Shown here in pieces: positions 43,615 to 52,790 of a stretch of DNA of 64,000 nucleotides (position 1 is its first letter; every line of letters starts with the position of its first letter). Source of the stretch: Escherichia coli (GTDB lineage: Bacteria; Pseudomonadota; Gammaproteobacteria; Enterobacterales; Enterobacteriaceae). Where the stretch lies: assembly GCF_029227855.1 (NCBI RefSeq), contig NZ_CP074356.1; one strand, given 5' to 3'. The notes beneath the pieces are model-generated. The model had not been told where the DNA came from and made no database searches. It saw only the letters and a list, made by a program, of their open reading frames with translations. A program made the translations under genes and the position numbers.

Positions 43615-45180
43615 TTATGCTGTTTTGGTGCGAATCAGGTAGTCAAAAGCACTCAGAGAGGCTTTGGCACCTTCGCCAGTGGCGATGATGATCTGCTTGT
43701 ACGGAACCGTTGTACAGTCACCCGCTGCGAACACGCCTTTCACGTTGGTTTCGCATTTCGCATCAATGATAATCTCGCCCATGCGGTTACGTTCGACTGC
43801 GCCTTCGAGCCAGTTGGTGTTCGGCAGCAGACCAATCTGCACGAAAATACCGGCCAGTTCGATGTTGTGAATATCGCCGCTGACACGATCGCGATATTCC
43901 AGACCAACGACTTTGCTGCCGTCGCCTTTCACTTCCGTGGTTTGCGCATTCAGAATAATGTCGACGTTTTTCAGGCTGCGCAGTTTGTCCTGCAGAACCT
44001 GGTCGGCTTTCATTTCTGGCGCAAATTCCAGCAGAGTTACGTGCTCAACGATACCCGCCAGGTCGATTGCTGCTTCCACGCCGGAGTTACCGCCGCCGAT
44101 AACCGCTACGCGTTTACCTTTAAACAGCGGGCCGTCGCAGTGCGGGCAGTAGGTCACGCCTTTGGTGCGATACTGATCTTCGCCCGGAACGTTCATGTTG
44201 CGCCATTTTGCACCGGTCGCCACGATAATGCTGCGCGCTTTCAGTACCGCGCCGGAAGCTGTTTCAATCTGATGCAGGCCACCTTCAACCGCTGCCGGGA
44301 TCAGTTTGCTGGCGCTCTGGCTGTCGATCACATCAACATCGTATTCATCAACGTGAACTTTCAGTGCCCCTGCCAGCTTCTGCCCTTCGGTCTTCGGTAC
44401 AGAAATGTAGTTTTCGATATCAACGGTATCGAGGATCTGACCACCAAAACGTTCGCCCATCAAACCAGTACGGATACCTTTACGTGCGGAGTAAATTGCT
44501 GCCGCTGCACCCGCCGGGCCGGAACCGACGATTAATACGTCATAAGCATCACGCTTGTTCAGCTCTTCTGCCGCACGTTTTTCCGCGCCAGTATCAATTT
44601 TGGCGACGATTTCAGTCAACGTCATGCGACCCTGACCAAACTCTTTCCCGTTTACGAACACTGCCGGAACGCCCATCACGTTGCGATCGGTGATTTCGTT
44701 CTGGAAGGTGCCGCCGTCAATTGCAGTGTGCTTGATGCGCGGGTTCAGTACGCTCATCAGGTTCAGCGCCTGCACCACGTCCGGGCAGTTGTGGCAAGAG
44801 AGCGAGTAATAGGTTTCGAATTCAAAATCACCGTCAATATGGCGAATCTGCTCCAGCAGAGACTGCGCTTCTTTCGACGGATGACCACCGGTCCACAACA
44901 ACGCCAGTACCAGCGAGGTAAACTCGTGGCCCAGCGGGGAACCTGCAAAACGTGGCCCCTGGTTAGAACCTGGGTTAGTGATCAGGAAAGACGGCTTACG
45001 CACCGGCAAGCTGTTATCTTCTTTAAAGGTGACTTTGTCTGACAGTTCTGCGATTTCAGCCAACAGTTCCTTGATTTCTGCCGATTTAGCGCTGTCATCC
45101 AGCGTGGCAATTAACTCAACAGGCTTGGTCAATTTCTCAAGGTAAGCCTTGAGTTGAGTTTTCATATTTGTGTCGAGCAT
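43615..45180 (-). CDS. ahpF: alkyl hydroperoxide reductase subunit F
   Basis: Track ORF extends to 45210. I chose ATG 45180 ([17 protein letters not shown]...) with SD AGGAGA, giving 521 aa. Redox CxxC pairs CHNCPD and CPHCDG; FAD/NAD GxGxxG motifs. Confidence 0.95.
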
Positions 45181-45350
45181 GTTTATCTCCTGGGCTTTAA
45201 ACATCATCATGCAAGCGGCCTCTGCGGCTACCTGGATGCAGCTTGCATCATGGTGCGGGGAAGAAAATCGGGTGCCGCAGCACCCGAAGAATTAGGTGAA
45301 TTTCCGAAGTATTTCGCGCCGGAGTTGGTAGCGCGAAAGACGAAGGAAAT

Positions 45351-45914
45351 TTAGATTTTACCAACCAGGTCCAGAGACGGAGCCAGAGTTGCTTCACCTT
45401 CTTTCCATTTAGCCGGGCAAACTTCACCTGGGTGAGAAGCTACGTACTGTGCTGCTTTGATTTTACGCAGCAGGTCAGACGCGTCACGGCCAATGCCTTC
45501 AGCGGTAACTTCGATTGCCTGGATGATACCCTGCGGGTCAACAACGAAGGTCGCACGGTCAGCCAGACCTTCATCTTCACGCATGTTGTCGAAGTTACGG
45601 GTCAGGGCGCCAGTCGGGTCGCCGATCATCGCATATTTGATTTTAGCGATGGTTTCAGAGCTGCTGTGCCATGCTTTGTGGGTGAAGTGAGTATCGGTAG
45701 ATACTGCGTATACGTCTACGCCCAGTTTCTGCAGTTCTTCGTAGTGGTCAGCAACGTCACCCAGTTCGGTCGGGCATACGAAAGTAAAGTCAGCCGGGTA
45801 GAAGAAGAAGACGCTCCAGCGGCCTTCGGTATCTTTTTCGGTGATTTCGATGAATTCGCCGTTTTTGAATGCCTGGTTTTTAAAAGGTTTAATTTTGGTG
45901 TTAATCAAGGACAT
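45351..45914 (-). CDS. ahpC: alkyl hydroperoxide reductase subunit C (2-Cys peroxiredoxin)
   Basis: 187 aa. Peroxidatic Cys context FTFVCPTE and resolving Cys EVCPAKW. Confidence 0.97.
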   Translation of the reverse strand: MSLINTKIKPFKNQAFKNGEFIEITEKDTEGRWSVFFFYPADFTFVCPTELGDVADHYEELQKLGVDVYAVSTDTHFTHKAWHSSSETIAKIKYAMIGDPTGALTRNFDNMREDEGLADRATFVVDPQGIIQAIEVTAEGIGRDASDLLRKIKAAQYVASHPGEVCPAKWKEGEATLAPSLDLVGKI

Positions 45915-45960
45915 CTATACTTCCTCCGTGTTTTCGATGAGATGTAAGGTAACCAATTTT

Positions 45961-46003
45961 TGCCGATTCGGCTAATGCGTTTCCATTATCAAATCGATAA
46001 GTT
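45961..46003. promoter_or_regulatory. OxyR binding region of the ahpC promoter (shared ahpC/dsbG divergent region)
   Basis: The minus strand reads CTTATCGATTTGATAATGGAAACGCATTAGCCGAATCGGCA. I recognise this as the footprinted OxyR site of enterobacterial ahpC. It lies about 50-90 nt upstream of the ahpC ATG. Confidence 0.6.
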
Positions 46004-46285
46004 TTACCTTACAACCTTCGTAAGACAACTTTGTGAACTTTGCACCGCCAGCGGCGATAAAAAGTAAAATGGCCCCCTTTCCAGGTGACCGTGTAATCTG
46101 AACTACCCTTTGGTATCTTCAGCGCCTGCCTGCAGGCTGAGGTGTTGCCCTTACAAATGCAACAACGACATGGATTACAACACCCTCATAAACAAAGGGC
46201 AATCACCTGATCTAAGCTCTTACCTATGACAGTGATAGGTTATGCCTTTTACCCGACTTTTGCACTGACTGAAAAGGACAAATTA

Positions 46286-47032
46286 ATGTTAAAAAAGATA
46301 CTTTTACTGGCTCTGCTTCCTGCAATCGCCTTCGCAGAGGAACTTCCTGATCCAGTAAAAGCGATTGAAAAACAGGGTATTACGATCATCAAAACATTCG
46401 ATGCTCCCGGAGGAATGAAAGGTTATCTCGGAAAGTATCAGGATATGGGCGTCACCATCTACCTGACTCCAGATGGTAAGCACGCTATCTCCGGTTACAT
46501 GTACAACGAGAAAGGTGAAAACCTGAGTAACACACTTATCGAAAAAGAAATTTACGCACCAGCCGGACGCGAAATGTGGCAACGGATGGAACAATCCCAC
46601 TGGCTCCTCGACGGTAAAAAAGATGCGCCGGTCATTGTCTACGTCTTCGCCGATCCTTTCTGCCCATATTGTAAACAGTTCTGGCAGCAGGCTCGTCCGT
46701 GGGTAGATTCTGGCAAAGTGCAATTAAGAACATTGTTGGTTGGCGTTATCAAGCCAGAAAGCCCGGCGACAGCAGCGGCAATTCTTGCCGCCAAAGATCC
46801 CGCAAAAACCTGGCAAGAATATGAAGCCTCTGGTGGCAAGCTTAAGCTAAACGTGCCTGCAAACGTAAGTACAGAGCAAATGAAAGTGTTAAGCGATAAC
46901 GAGAAACTGATGGACGATCTGGGGGCAAATGTCACGCCAGCTATCTATTACATGAGTAAGGAAAATACACTGCAACAGGCCGTGGGGTTGCCCGATCAGA
47001 AAACGCTTAATATCATTATGGGGAATAAATAA
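46286..47032 (+). CDS. dsbG: periplasmic thiol:disulfide oxidoreductase DsbG
   Basis: Track ORF starts at 46226. I chose ATG 46286 ([17 protein letters not shown] signal peptide) with SD AAGGA, giving 248 aa. CPYC active site. Confidence 0.93.
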   Translation: MLKKILLLALLPAIAFAEELPDPVKAIEKQGITIIKTFDAPGGMKGYLGKYQDMGVTIYLTPDGKHAISGYMYNEKGENLSNTLIEKEIYAPAGREMWQRMEQSHWLLDGKKDAPVIVYVFADPFCPYCKQFWQQARPWVDSGKVQLRTLLVGVIKPESPATAAAILAAKDPAKTWQEYEASGGKLKLNVPANVSTEQMKVLSDNEKLMDDLGANVTPAIYYMSKENTLQQAVGLPDQKTLNIIMGNK

Positions 47033-47240
47033 AAGATAATTCATGGATGGTTGAACTATATCCCTGCTTTTCAACCATCCTAAAAAAGCATGAATTGCTC
47101 GCTCTGCCCTAAGTGGCTGTGCTATTTTAGTAAAACTTAATCCTGAGTTAAGCAAAAAAACATAATCAATAAAAATATATACGCAAAAAACATTGATTAA
47201 GTGAATATACCATGGAAGAAAAATATAACCGGAGTAGTGT

Positions 47241-48143
47241 ATGGCCAATCTCTACGACTTGAAAAAGTTCGACTTAAATCTTCTTGTCATATTTGAGTGT
47301 ATTTATCAGCATTTAAGCATTAGCAAGGCTGCTGAATCACTATATATCACCCCGTCAGCCGTGAGCCAGTCGTTACAACGCTTACGTGCGCAATTTAATG
47401 ACCCTTTATTCATTCGCTCAGGAAAAGGTATCGCGCCGACGACGACAGGGTTAAATCTGCATCACCATCTTGAGAAAAACCTCAGAGGCCTTGAACAAAC
47501 AATTAATATAGTCAATAAGTCCGAACTAAAGAAAAACTTTATTATCTACGGCCCTCAGCTCATTTCTTGCTCTAATAATAGTATGCTGATCCGCTGCCTA
47601 CGGCAAGATGCCTCTGTCGAGATTGAGTGCCATGATATCCTCATGTCAGCAGAGAATGCTGAAGAACTGTTGGTTCACCGCAAAGCCGATCTGGTGATCA
47701 CCCAAATGCCAGTGATCAGCCGTTCCGTCATTTGCATGCCATTGCATACAATTCGCAATACTCTAATTTGTAGTAATAAGCATCCGCGAATTACTGACAA
47801 TAGCACTTATGAACAAATTATGACAGAAGAGTTCACCCAATTAATATCCAAATCAGCAGGAGTTGATGATATTCAAATGGAAATAGACGAGAAGTTTATG
47901 AATCGCAAAATTTCATTTCGTGGTTCCTCTTTGCTGACAATCATTAATAGCATTGCAGTTACAGATTTACTGGGAATAGTCCCCTATGAACTTTATAACT
48001 CCCACCGTGACTTTCTTAATTTAAAAGAGATAAAACTAGAACATCCGTTACCTTCAATAAAGCTTTACATTTCCTATAATAAATCTTCTTTAAATAATTT
48101 GGTGTTCTCCCGATTTATTGATCGTCTAAATGAGAGTTTTTGA
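47241..48143 (+). CDS. ybdO: LysR-family transcriptional regulator YbdO
   Basis: 300 aa. SD GGAG. N-terminal wHTH (LYITPSAVSQSLQRLR). The gene is visibly AT-rich. Confidence 0.9.
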   Translation: MANLYDLKKFDLNLLVIFECIYQHLSISKAAESLYITPSAVSQSLQRLRAQFNDPLFIRSGKGIAPTTTGLNLHHHLEKNLRGLEQTINIVNKSELKKNFIIYGPQLISCSNNSMLIRCLRQDASVEIECHDILMSAENAEELLVHRKADLVITQMPVISRSVICMPLHTIRNTLICSNKHPRITDNSTYEQIMTEEFTQLISKSAGVDDIQMEIDEKFMNRKISFRGSSLLTIINSIAVTDLLGIVPYELYNSHRDFLNLKEIKLEHPLPSIKLYISYNKSSLNNLVFSRFIDRLNESF

Positions 48144-48289
48144 TATATAACCTCAGACAGCTATTATAACTTTCACCTATTTATTCACAGCACGAATGAA
48201 AAATAAAACACTCTGCTTTTCAGTGTTTACTTTATAATTAACAGTCTTATCTCACTGATCACCCCGTAACGTTCAGAGAGCGTTTTCAG

Positions 48290-49510
48290 ATGTCTATTTA
48301 TAAAATCCCGCTTCCACTGAATATTCTGGAAGCTGCAAAAGAACGTATTACCTGGACACTTAACACCCTACCCCGTGTCTGCGTTTCTTTTTCGGGTGGT
48401 AAAGATTCCGGATTAATGCTGCATCTGACCGCCGAACTTGCCCGACAAATGGGCAAAAAAATTTGTGTTTTATTTATCGACTGGGAAGCTCAGTTCTCTT
48501 GCACCATTAACTATGTTCAGTCCCTGCGCGAGTTGTACACCGATGTCATCGAAGAGTTTTACTGGGTTGCGCTCCCGCTTACAACGCAAAATTCCCTATC
48601 ACAATACCAACCCGAATGGCAGTGCTGGGAACCTGATGTCGAATGGGTACGTCAGCCCCCGCAAGATGCGATAACCGATCCTGACTTTTTCTCCTTTTAC
48701 CAGCCTGGCATGACCTTCGAACAATTTGTGCGTGAGTTTGCCGAATGGTTTTCGCAAAAACGTCCGGCGGCGATGATGATCGGCATCCGTGCGGATGAGT
48801 CCTACAACCGTTTTGTCGCCATCGCCAGTTTAAATAAACAACGTTTTGCCGATGATAAGCCCTGGACTACTGCCGCACCAGGCGGTCATAGCTGGTACAT
48901 ATACCCCATCTACGACTGGAAAGTCGCTGATATCTGGACCTGGTATGCTAGCCATCAACGCCTCTGTAACCCACTGTATAATATAATGTATCAGGCAGGC
49001 GTTCCTCTACGTCATATGCGAATTTGCGAACCTTTTGGTCCGGAACAACGGCAAGGATTATGGCTCTATCACGTTATCGAACCGGATCGCTGGGCTGCTA
49101 TGTGCGCACGAGTCAGCGGGGTAAAAAGTGGCGGCATTTACGCCGGACATGACAACCATTTTTATGGTCATCGGAAAATCCTCAAGCCCGAACATTTAGA
49201 CTGGCAGGAGTATGCATTATTGCTACTCAACAGCATGCCGGAGAAAACAGCTGAGCATTATCGCAATAAAATCGCCATTTATTTGCACTGGTATCAGAAA
49301 AAAGGCATCGAGGTTCCACAAACCCAGCAAGGGGACATTGGCGCGAAAGATATCCCCTCCTGGCGGCGAATATGCAAAGTTTTACTCAATAACGATTACT
49401 GGTGTCGGGCATTATCATTTAGCCCGACCAAAGCGAAGAACTATCAGCGTTATAACGAACGAATAAAAGGAAAACGTCAGGAATGGGGGATACTATGCAA
49501 CAACGATTAA
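48290..49510 (+). CDS. ybdN: PAPS-reductase-like PP-loop ATPase YbdN (IbrA-like)
   Basis: 406 aa. PP-loop SGGKDS within VCVSFSGGKDSGLMLHL. Recognised as YbdN. Confidence 0.9.
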   Translation: MSIYKIPLPLNILEAAKERITWTLNTLPRVCVSFSGGKDSGLMLHLTAELARQMGKKICVLFIDWEAQFSCTINYVQSLRELYTDVIEEFYWVALPLTTQNSLSQYQPEWQCWEPDVEWVRQPPQDAITDPDFFSFYQPGMTFEQFVREFAEWFSQKRPAAMMIGIRADESYNRFVAIASLNKQRFADDKPWTTAAPGGHSWYIYPIYDWKVADIWTWYASHQRLCNPLYNIMYQAGVPLRHMRICEPFGPEQRQGLWLYHVIEPDRWAAMCARVSGVKSGGIYAGHDNHFYGHRKILKPEHLDWQEYALLLLNSMPEKTAEHYRNKIAIYLHWYQKKGIEVPQTQQGDIGAKDIPSWRRICKVLLNNDYWCRALSFSPTKAKNYQRYNERIKGKRQEWGILCNND

Positions 49511-50112
49511 CGCAGGATTTAACCCAATTTCTCGCCAGCTTGCCGGAAGACGATCGCATCAAAGCGATTAATGAAATCCGCATGGCGATCCATCAGGTTA
49601 GCCCCTTTCGAGAAGAGCCAGTGGATTGCGTTCTGTGGGTTAAAAACAGCCAACTTATGCCTAATGATTACAACCCAAACAACGTGGCACCACCCGAAAA
49701 AAAACTGCTGAAAAAATCCATTGAAATAGATGGTTTTACCCAACCCATTGTGGTCACGCATACGGATAAAAATGCCCTGGAAATCGTGGATGGTTTTCAC
49801 CGCCATGAAATTGGTAAAGGCTCATCATCGTTAAAATTACGCTTAAAAGGTTATTTGCCGGTGACCTGTCTGGAAGGTACGCGTAATCAACGCATCGCCG
49901 CGACTATTCGTCATAATCGCGCCCGTGGACGTCACCAAATCACTGCCATGTCAGAAATCGTCCGTGAACTCAGCCAGTTGGGATGGGACGATCATAAAAT
50001 CGGCAAAGAGCTGGGAATGGACAGCGACGAAGTGCTACGCCTGAAGCAAATTAACGGCCTGCAAGAGTTGTTTGCCGACCGTCAATATTCCCGCGCCTGG
50101 ACGGTTAAATAG
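49483..50112 (+). CDS. ybdM: ParB/sulfiredoxin-like nuclease-domain protein YbdM (IbrB-like)
   Basis: 209 aa from ATG 49483. ATG 49495, preceded by GGGGGA-tact, would give 205 aa. ParB/Srx DGxHR-type motif VDGFHRHE. Overlaps the ybdN 3' end by 28 nt (or 16 nt). Confidence 0.88.
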   Translation: MGDTMQQRLTQDLTQFLASLPEDDRIKAINEIRMAIHQVSPFREEPVDCVLWVKNSQLMPNDYNPNNVAPPEKKLLKKSIEIDGFTQPIVVTHTDKNALEIVDGFHRHEIGKGSSSLKLRLKGYLPVTCLEGTRNQRIAATIRHNRARGRHQITAMSEIVRELSQLGWDDHKIGKELGMDSDEVLRLKQINGLQELFADRQYSRAWTVK

Positions 50113-51273
50113 CTAAAGCTGGCGCAGGCGTTCAGCTGCTGCCAGCAACGTCGATTCCTTCTTGGCAAAACAGAGACGAATCAGTTTATGTGGGAAGGGA
50201 TCGGCGCAAAACACCGATAGCGGAATCGCCGCTACGCCGTGCTCCTGCGTCAGCCACTGGCAAAACTCAACGTCATCCAGCGTAGACACGGCGCTGTAAT
50301 CCACCAGCAAAAAGTATGTACCTTCGCACGGTAAAATCTCCAGCCGACTCTCACTTAAGGCATTCACCAGAATATCGCGTTTCTGGCGATAAAAGTCCGG
50401 TAACGCAAGATAATGCTCAGGTTCTGCACGTAGCATATCCGCAAGTGCCAGCTGTGCCGGGGTATTCACCGAAAAGGTCAGATACTGATGTACCTTGCGA
50501 ATTTCGGCACTGATGGGCGCTGGCGCAACGCAATAACCCACTTTCCAGCCGGTCATATGATAGGTCTTGCCAAACGATGACACCGCCACCGCCCGCTCAC
50601 GCAGCTGCGGATGCGCCAGCACGCTGGCATGGCCCTGTTGTGAAAAGTTGATGTGCTCGTAAACTTCATCGCTAATGACAAAAATCTCGTGCCCGGCAAT
50701 TGCCTGCCACAAAGCGGCGAAATCAGCCTGCTGCCAGACAGTTGCACTGGGGTTATGCGGGGTGTTGAGGATCACCAGTCGGGTGCGCTCGCTTAACAAT
50801 GCGGCAAATTCCTGCCAGTCCACGCGAAAATGCGGTGGTTGCAGTGCAATACGTTTCACTATTCCCCCCGAAAGCGCGATGGCGGGCGCGTAACTGTCAT
50901 AGCTGGGATCAAAGCAGATCACTTCATCACCATTGCGCACCAATGCGGTAATCGCTGCATATAACGCTTCCGTCGCCCCTGCCGTTACGGTGATATCACT
51001 ATCGGCATCCGGTTGATAGCCATACAGACGTTCCGTTTTCTGAGCAATCGCCTCGCGCAAGGCCTGCACGCCAGTCATAGGCGCGTATTGGTTTGCCCCC
51101 TGGTCAACATGGTACGCCAGCCGCTCCTGCAAATAGCGCGGACCATCAAAATCAGGAAAGCCTTGCGACAGGTTAATCGCCTGGTGTTGCTGCGCCAGCG
51201 CGCTCATCTGGGTGAAAATAGTGGTGCCAAGTTGTGGAAGTTTGCTTTGTGGAATCAGAGGGTTATTTGTCAT
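50113..51273 (-). CDS. ybdL: methionine-oxo-acid aminotransferase YbdL (class I PLP)
   Basis: 386 aa. PLP-lysine context SFGKTYHMTGWKVGY. Recognised as YbdL. Confidence 0.92.
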   Translation of the reverse strand: MTNNPLIPQSKLPQLGTTIFTQMSALAQQHQAINLSQGFPDFDGPRYLQERLAYHVDQGANQYAPMTGVQALREAIAQKTERLYGYQPDADSDITVTAGATEALYAAITALVRNGDEVICFDPSYDSYAPAIALSGGIVKRIALQPPHFRVDWQEFAALLSERTRLVILNTPHNPSATVWQQADFAALWQAIAGHEIFVISDEVYEHINFSQQGHASVLAHPQLRERAVAVSSFGKTYHMTGWKVGYCVAPAPISAEIRKVHQYLTFSVNTPAQLALADMLRAEPEHYLALPDFYRQKRDILVNALSESRLEILPCEGTYFLLVDYSAVSTLDDVEFCQWLTQEHGVAAIPLSVFCADPFPHKLIRLCFAKKESTLLAAAERLRQL

Positions 51274-51382
51274 TTTTTATTGTGCCTGACGAAGTTGCGT
51301 GTTGAAGGCACTATAACACGATGCTAGTATTTGGCAATCAAGACGTTTAGATGTCTAAATAAAACAATAGGGACAACACAAC

Positions 51383-52471
51383 ATGCCTCACAATCCTATC
51401 CGCGTGGTCGTCGGCCCGGCTAACTACTTTTCACATCCAGGAAGTTTCAATCACCTGCACGATTTTTTCACTGATGAACAACTTTCTCGCGCGGTGTGGA
51501 TCTACGGCGAACGCGCCATTGCTGCGGCGCAAACAAAACTTCCGCCAGCGTTTGAACTGCCAGGGGCAAAGCATATTTTGTTTCGCGGCCATTGCAGCGA
51601 AAGCGATGTACAACAACTGGCGGCTGAGTCCGGTGACGATCGCAGCGTGGTGATTGGCGTCGGCGGCGGCGCACTGCTCGACACCGCGAAAGCCCTCGCC
51701 CGCCGTCTCGGTCTGCCGTTTGTTGCCGTTCCGACGATCGCCGCCACCTGCGCCGCCTGGACACCGCTCTCCGTCTGGTATAACGATGCCGGACAGGCGC
51801 TGCATTATGAGATTTTCGACGACGCCAATTTTATGGTGCTGGTGGAACCGGAGATTATCCTCAATGCGCCGCAAGAATATCTGCTGGCGGGGATCGGTGA
51901 CACGCTGGCGAAATGGTATGAAGCGGTGGTGCTGGCTCCGCAACCAGAAACGTTGCCGCTAACCGTGCGGCTAGGGATCAATAATGCGCAGGCTATTCGC
52001 GACGTCTTGTTAAACAGTAGCGAACAGGCGCTGAGCGATCAGCAAAATCACCAGTTAACGCAATCATTTTGCGATGTGGTGGATGCGATTATCGCCGGAG
52101 GTGGAATGGTCGGTGGTCTGGGCGATCGTTTTACGCGTGTGGCGGCGGCCCATGCCGTGCATAACGGTCTAACCGTGCTGCCGCAAACCGAGAAGTTTCT
52201 TCACGGCACCAAAGTCGCCTACGGAATTCTGGTGCAAAGCGCCTTGCTGGGTCAGGATGATGTGCTGGCGCAATTAACTGGAGCGTATCAGCGTTTTCAT
52301 CTGCCGACTACGCTGGCGGAGCTGGAAGTGGATATCAATAATCAGGCGGAGATCGACAAAGTGATTGCCCACACCTTGCGTCCGGTGGAATCCATTCATT
52401 ACCTGCCGGTCACGCTGACACCGGATACGTTGCGTGCAGCGTTCGAAAAAGTGGAATCGTTTAAAGCCTGA
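51383..52471 (+). CDS. ybdH: iron-type (group III) alcohol/hydroxycarboxylate dehydrogenase YbdH (HcxA)
   Basis: 362 aa. GGGALLDTAK nucleotide-binding motif of the Fe-ADH/glycerol dehydrogenase family. Confidence 0.9.
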   Translation: MPHNPIRVVVGPANYFSHPGSFNHLHDFFTDEQLSRAVWIYGERAIAAAQTKLPPAFELPGAKHILFRGHCSESDVQQLAAESGDDRSVVIGVGGGALLDTAKALARRLGLPFVAVPTIAATCAAWTPLSVWYNDAGQALHYEIFDDANFMVLVEPEIILNAPQEYLLAGIGDTLAKWYEAVVLAPQPETLPLTVRLGINNAQAIRDVLLNSSEQALSDQQNHQLTQSFCDVVDAIIAGGGMVGGLGDRFTRVAAAHAVHNGLTVLPQTEKFLHGTKVAYGILVQSALLGQDDVLAQLTGAYQRFHLPTTLAELEVDINNQAEIDKVIAHTLRPVESIHYLPVTLTPDTLRAAFEKVESFKA

Positions 52472-52480
52472 CGTACATAT

Positions 52481-52678
52481 TTAGCAGCAGCGCGCGCCGC
52501 CTTTTCCACCGTAGCGCGCGTCCTGCCGCTCACGGAAAAACTCCTCGTAGGTCATCGGCGTTTGATCGGGATGGTTAACCCGCATATGTTCGACATAGTT
52601 GTCGTAATCAGGCATACCAATCATCAGTTTCGCCGCCTGACCTAAATATTTTCCGGCTTTTGCCAGTGAATCAAACAT
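52481..52678 (-). CDS. ybdD: DUF466 small protein YbdD
   Basis: 65-aa ORF directly downstream of cstA on the same strand. SD GGAGG. Recognised as YbdD. Confidence 0.85.
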   Translation of the reverse strand: MFDSLAKAGKYLGQAAKLMIGMPDYDNYVEHMRVNHPDQTPMTYEEFFRERQDARYGGKGGARCC

Positions 52679-52790
52679 CTAAACCTCCGGTAATACAAAT
52701 GCCCTCCTGAATTAAGAGGGCTTAATTGCTATCAACACGCTCGGGCTGAGAGTAAGGGGAACGCTCAGCACATCCCCCCTCACTCTGACT

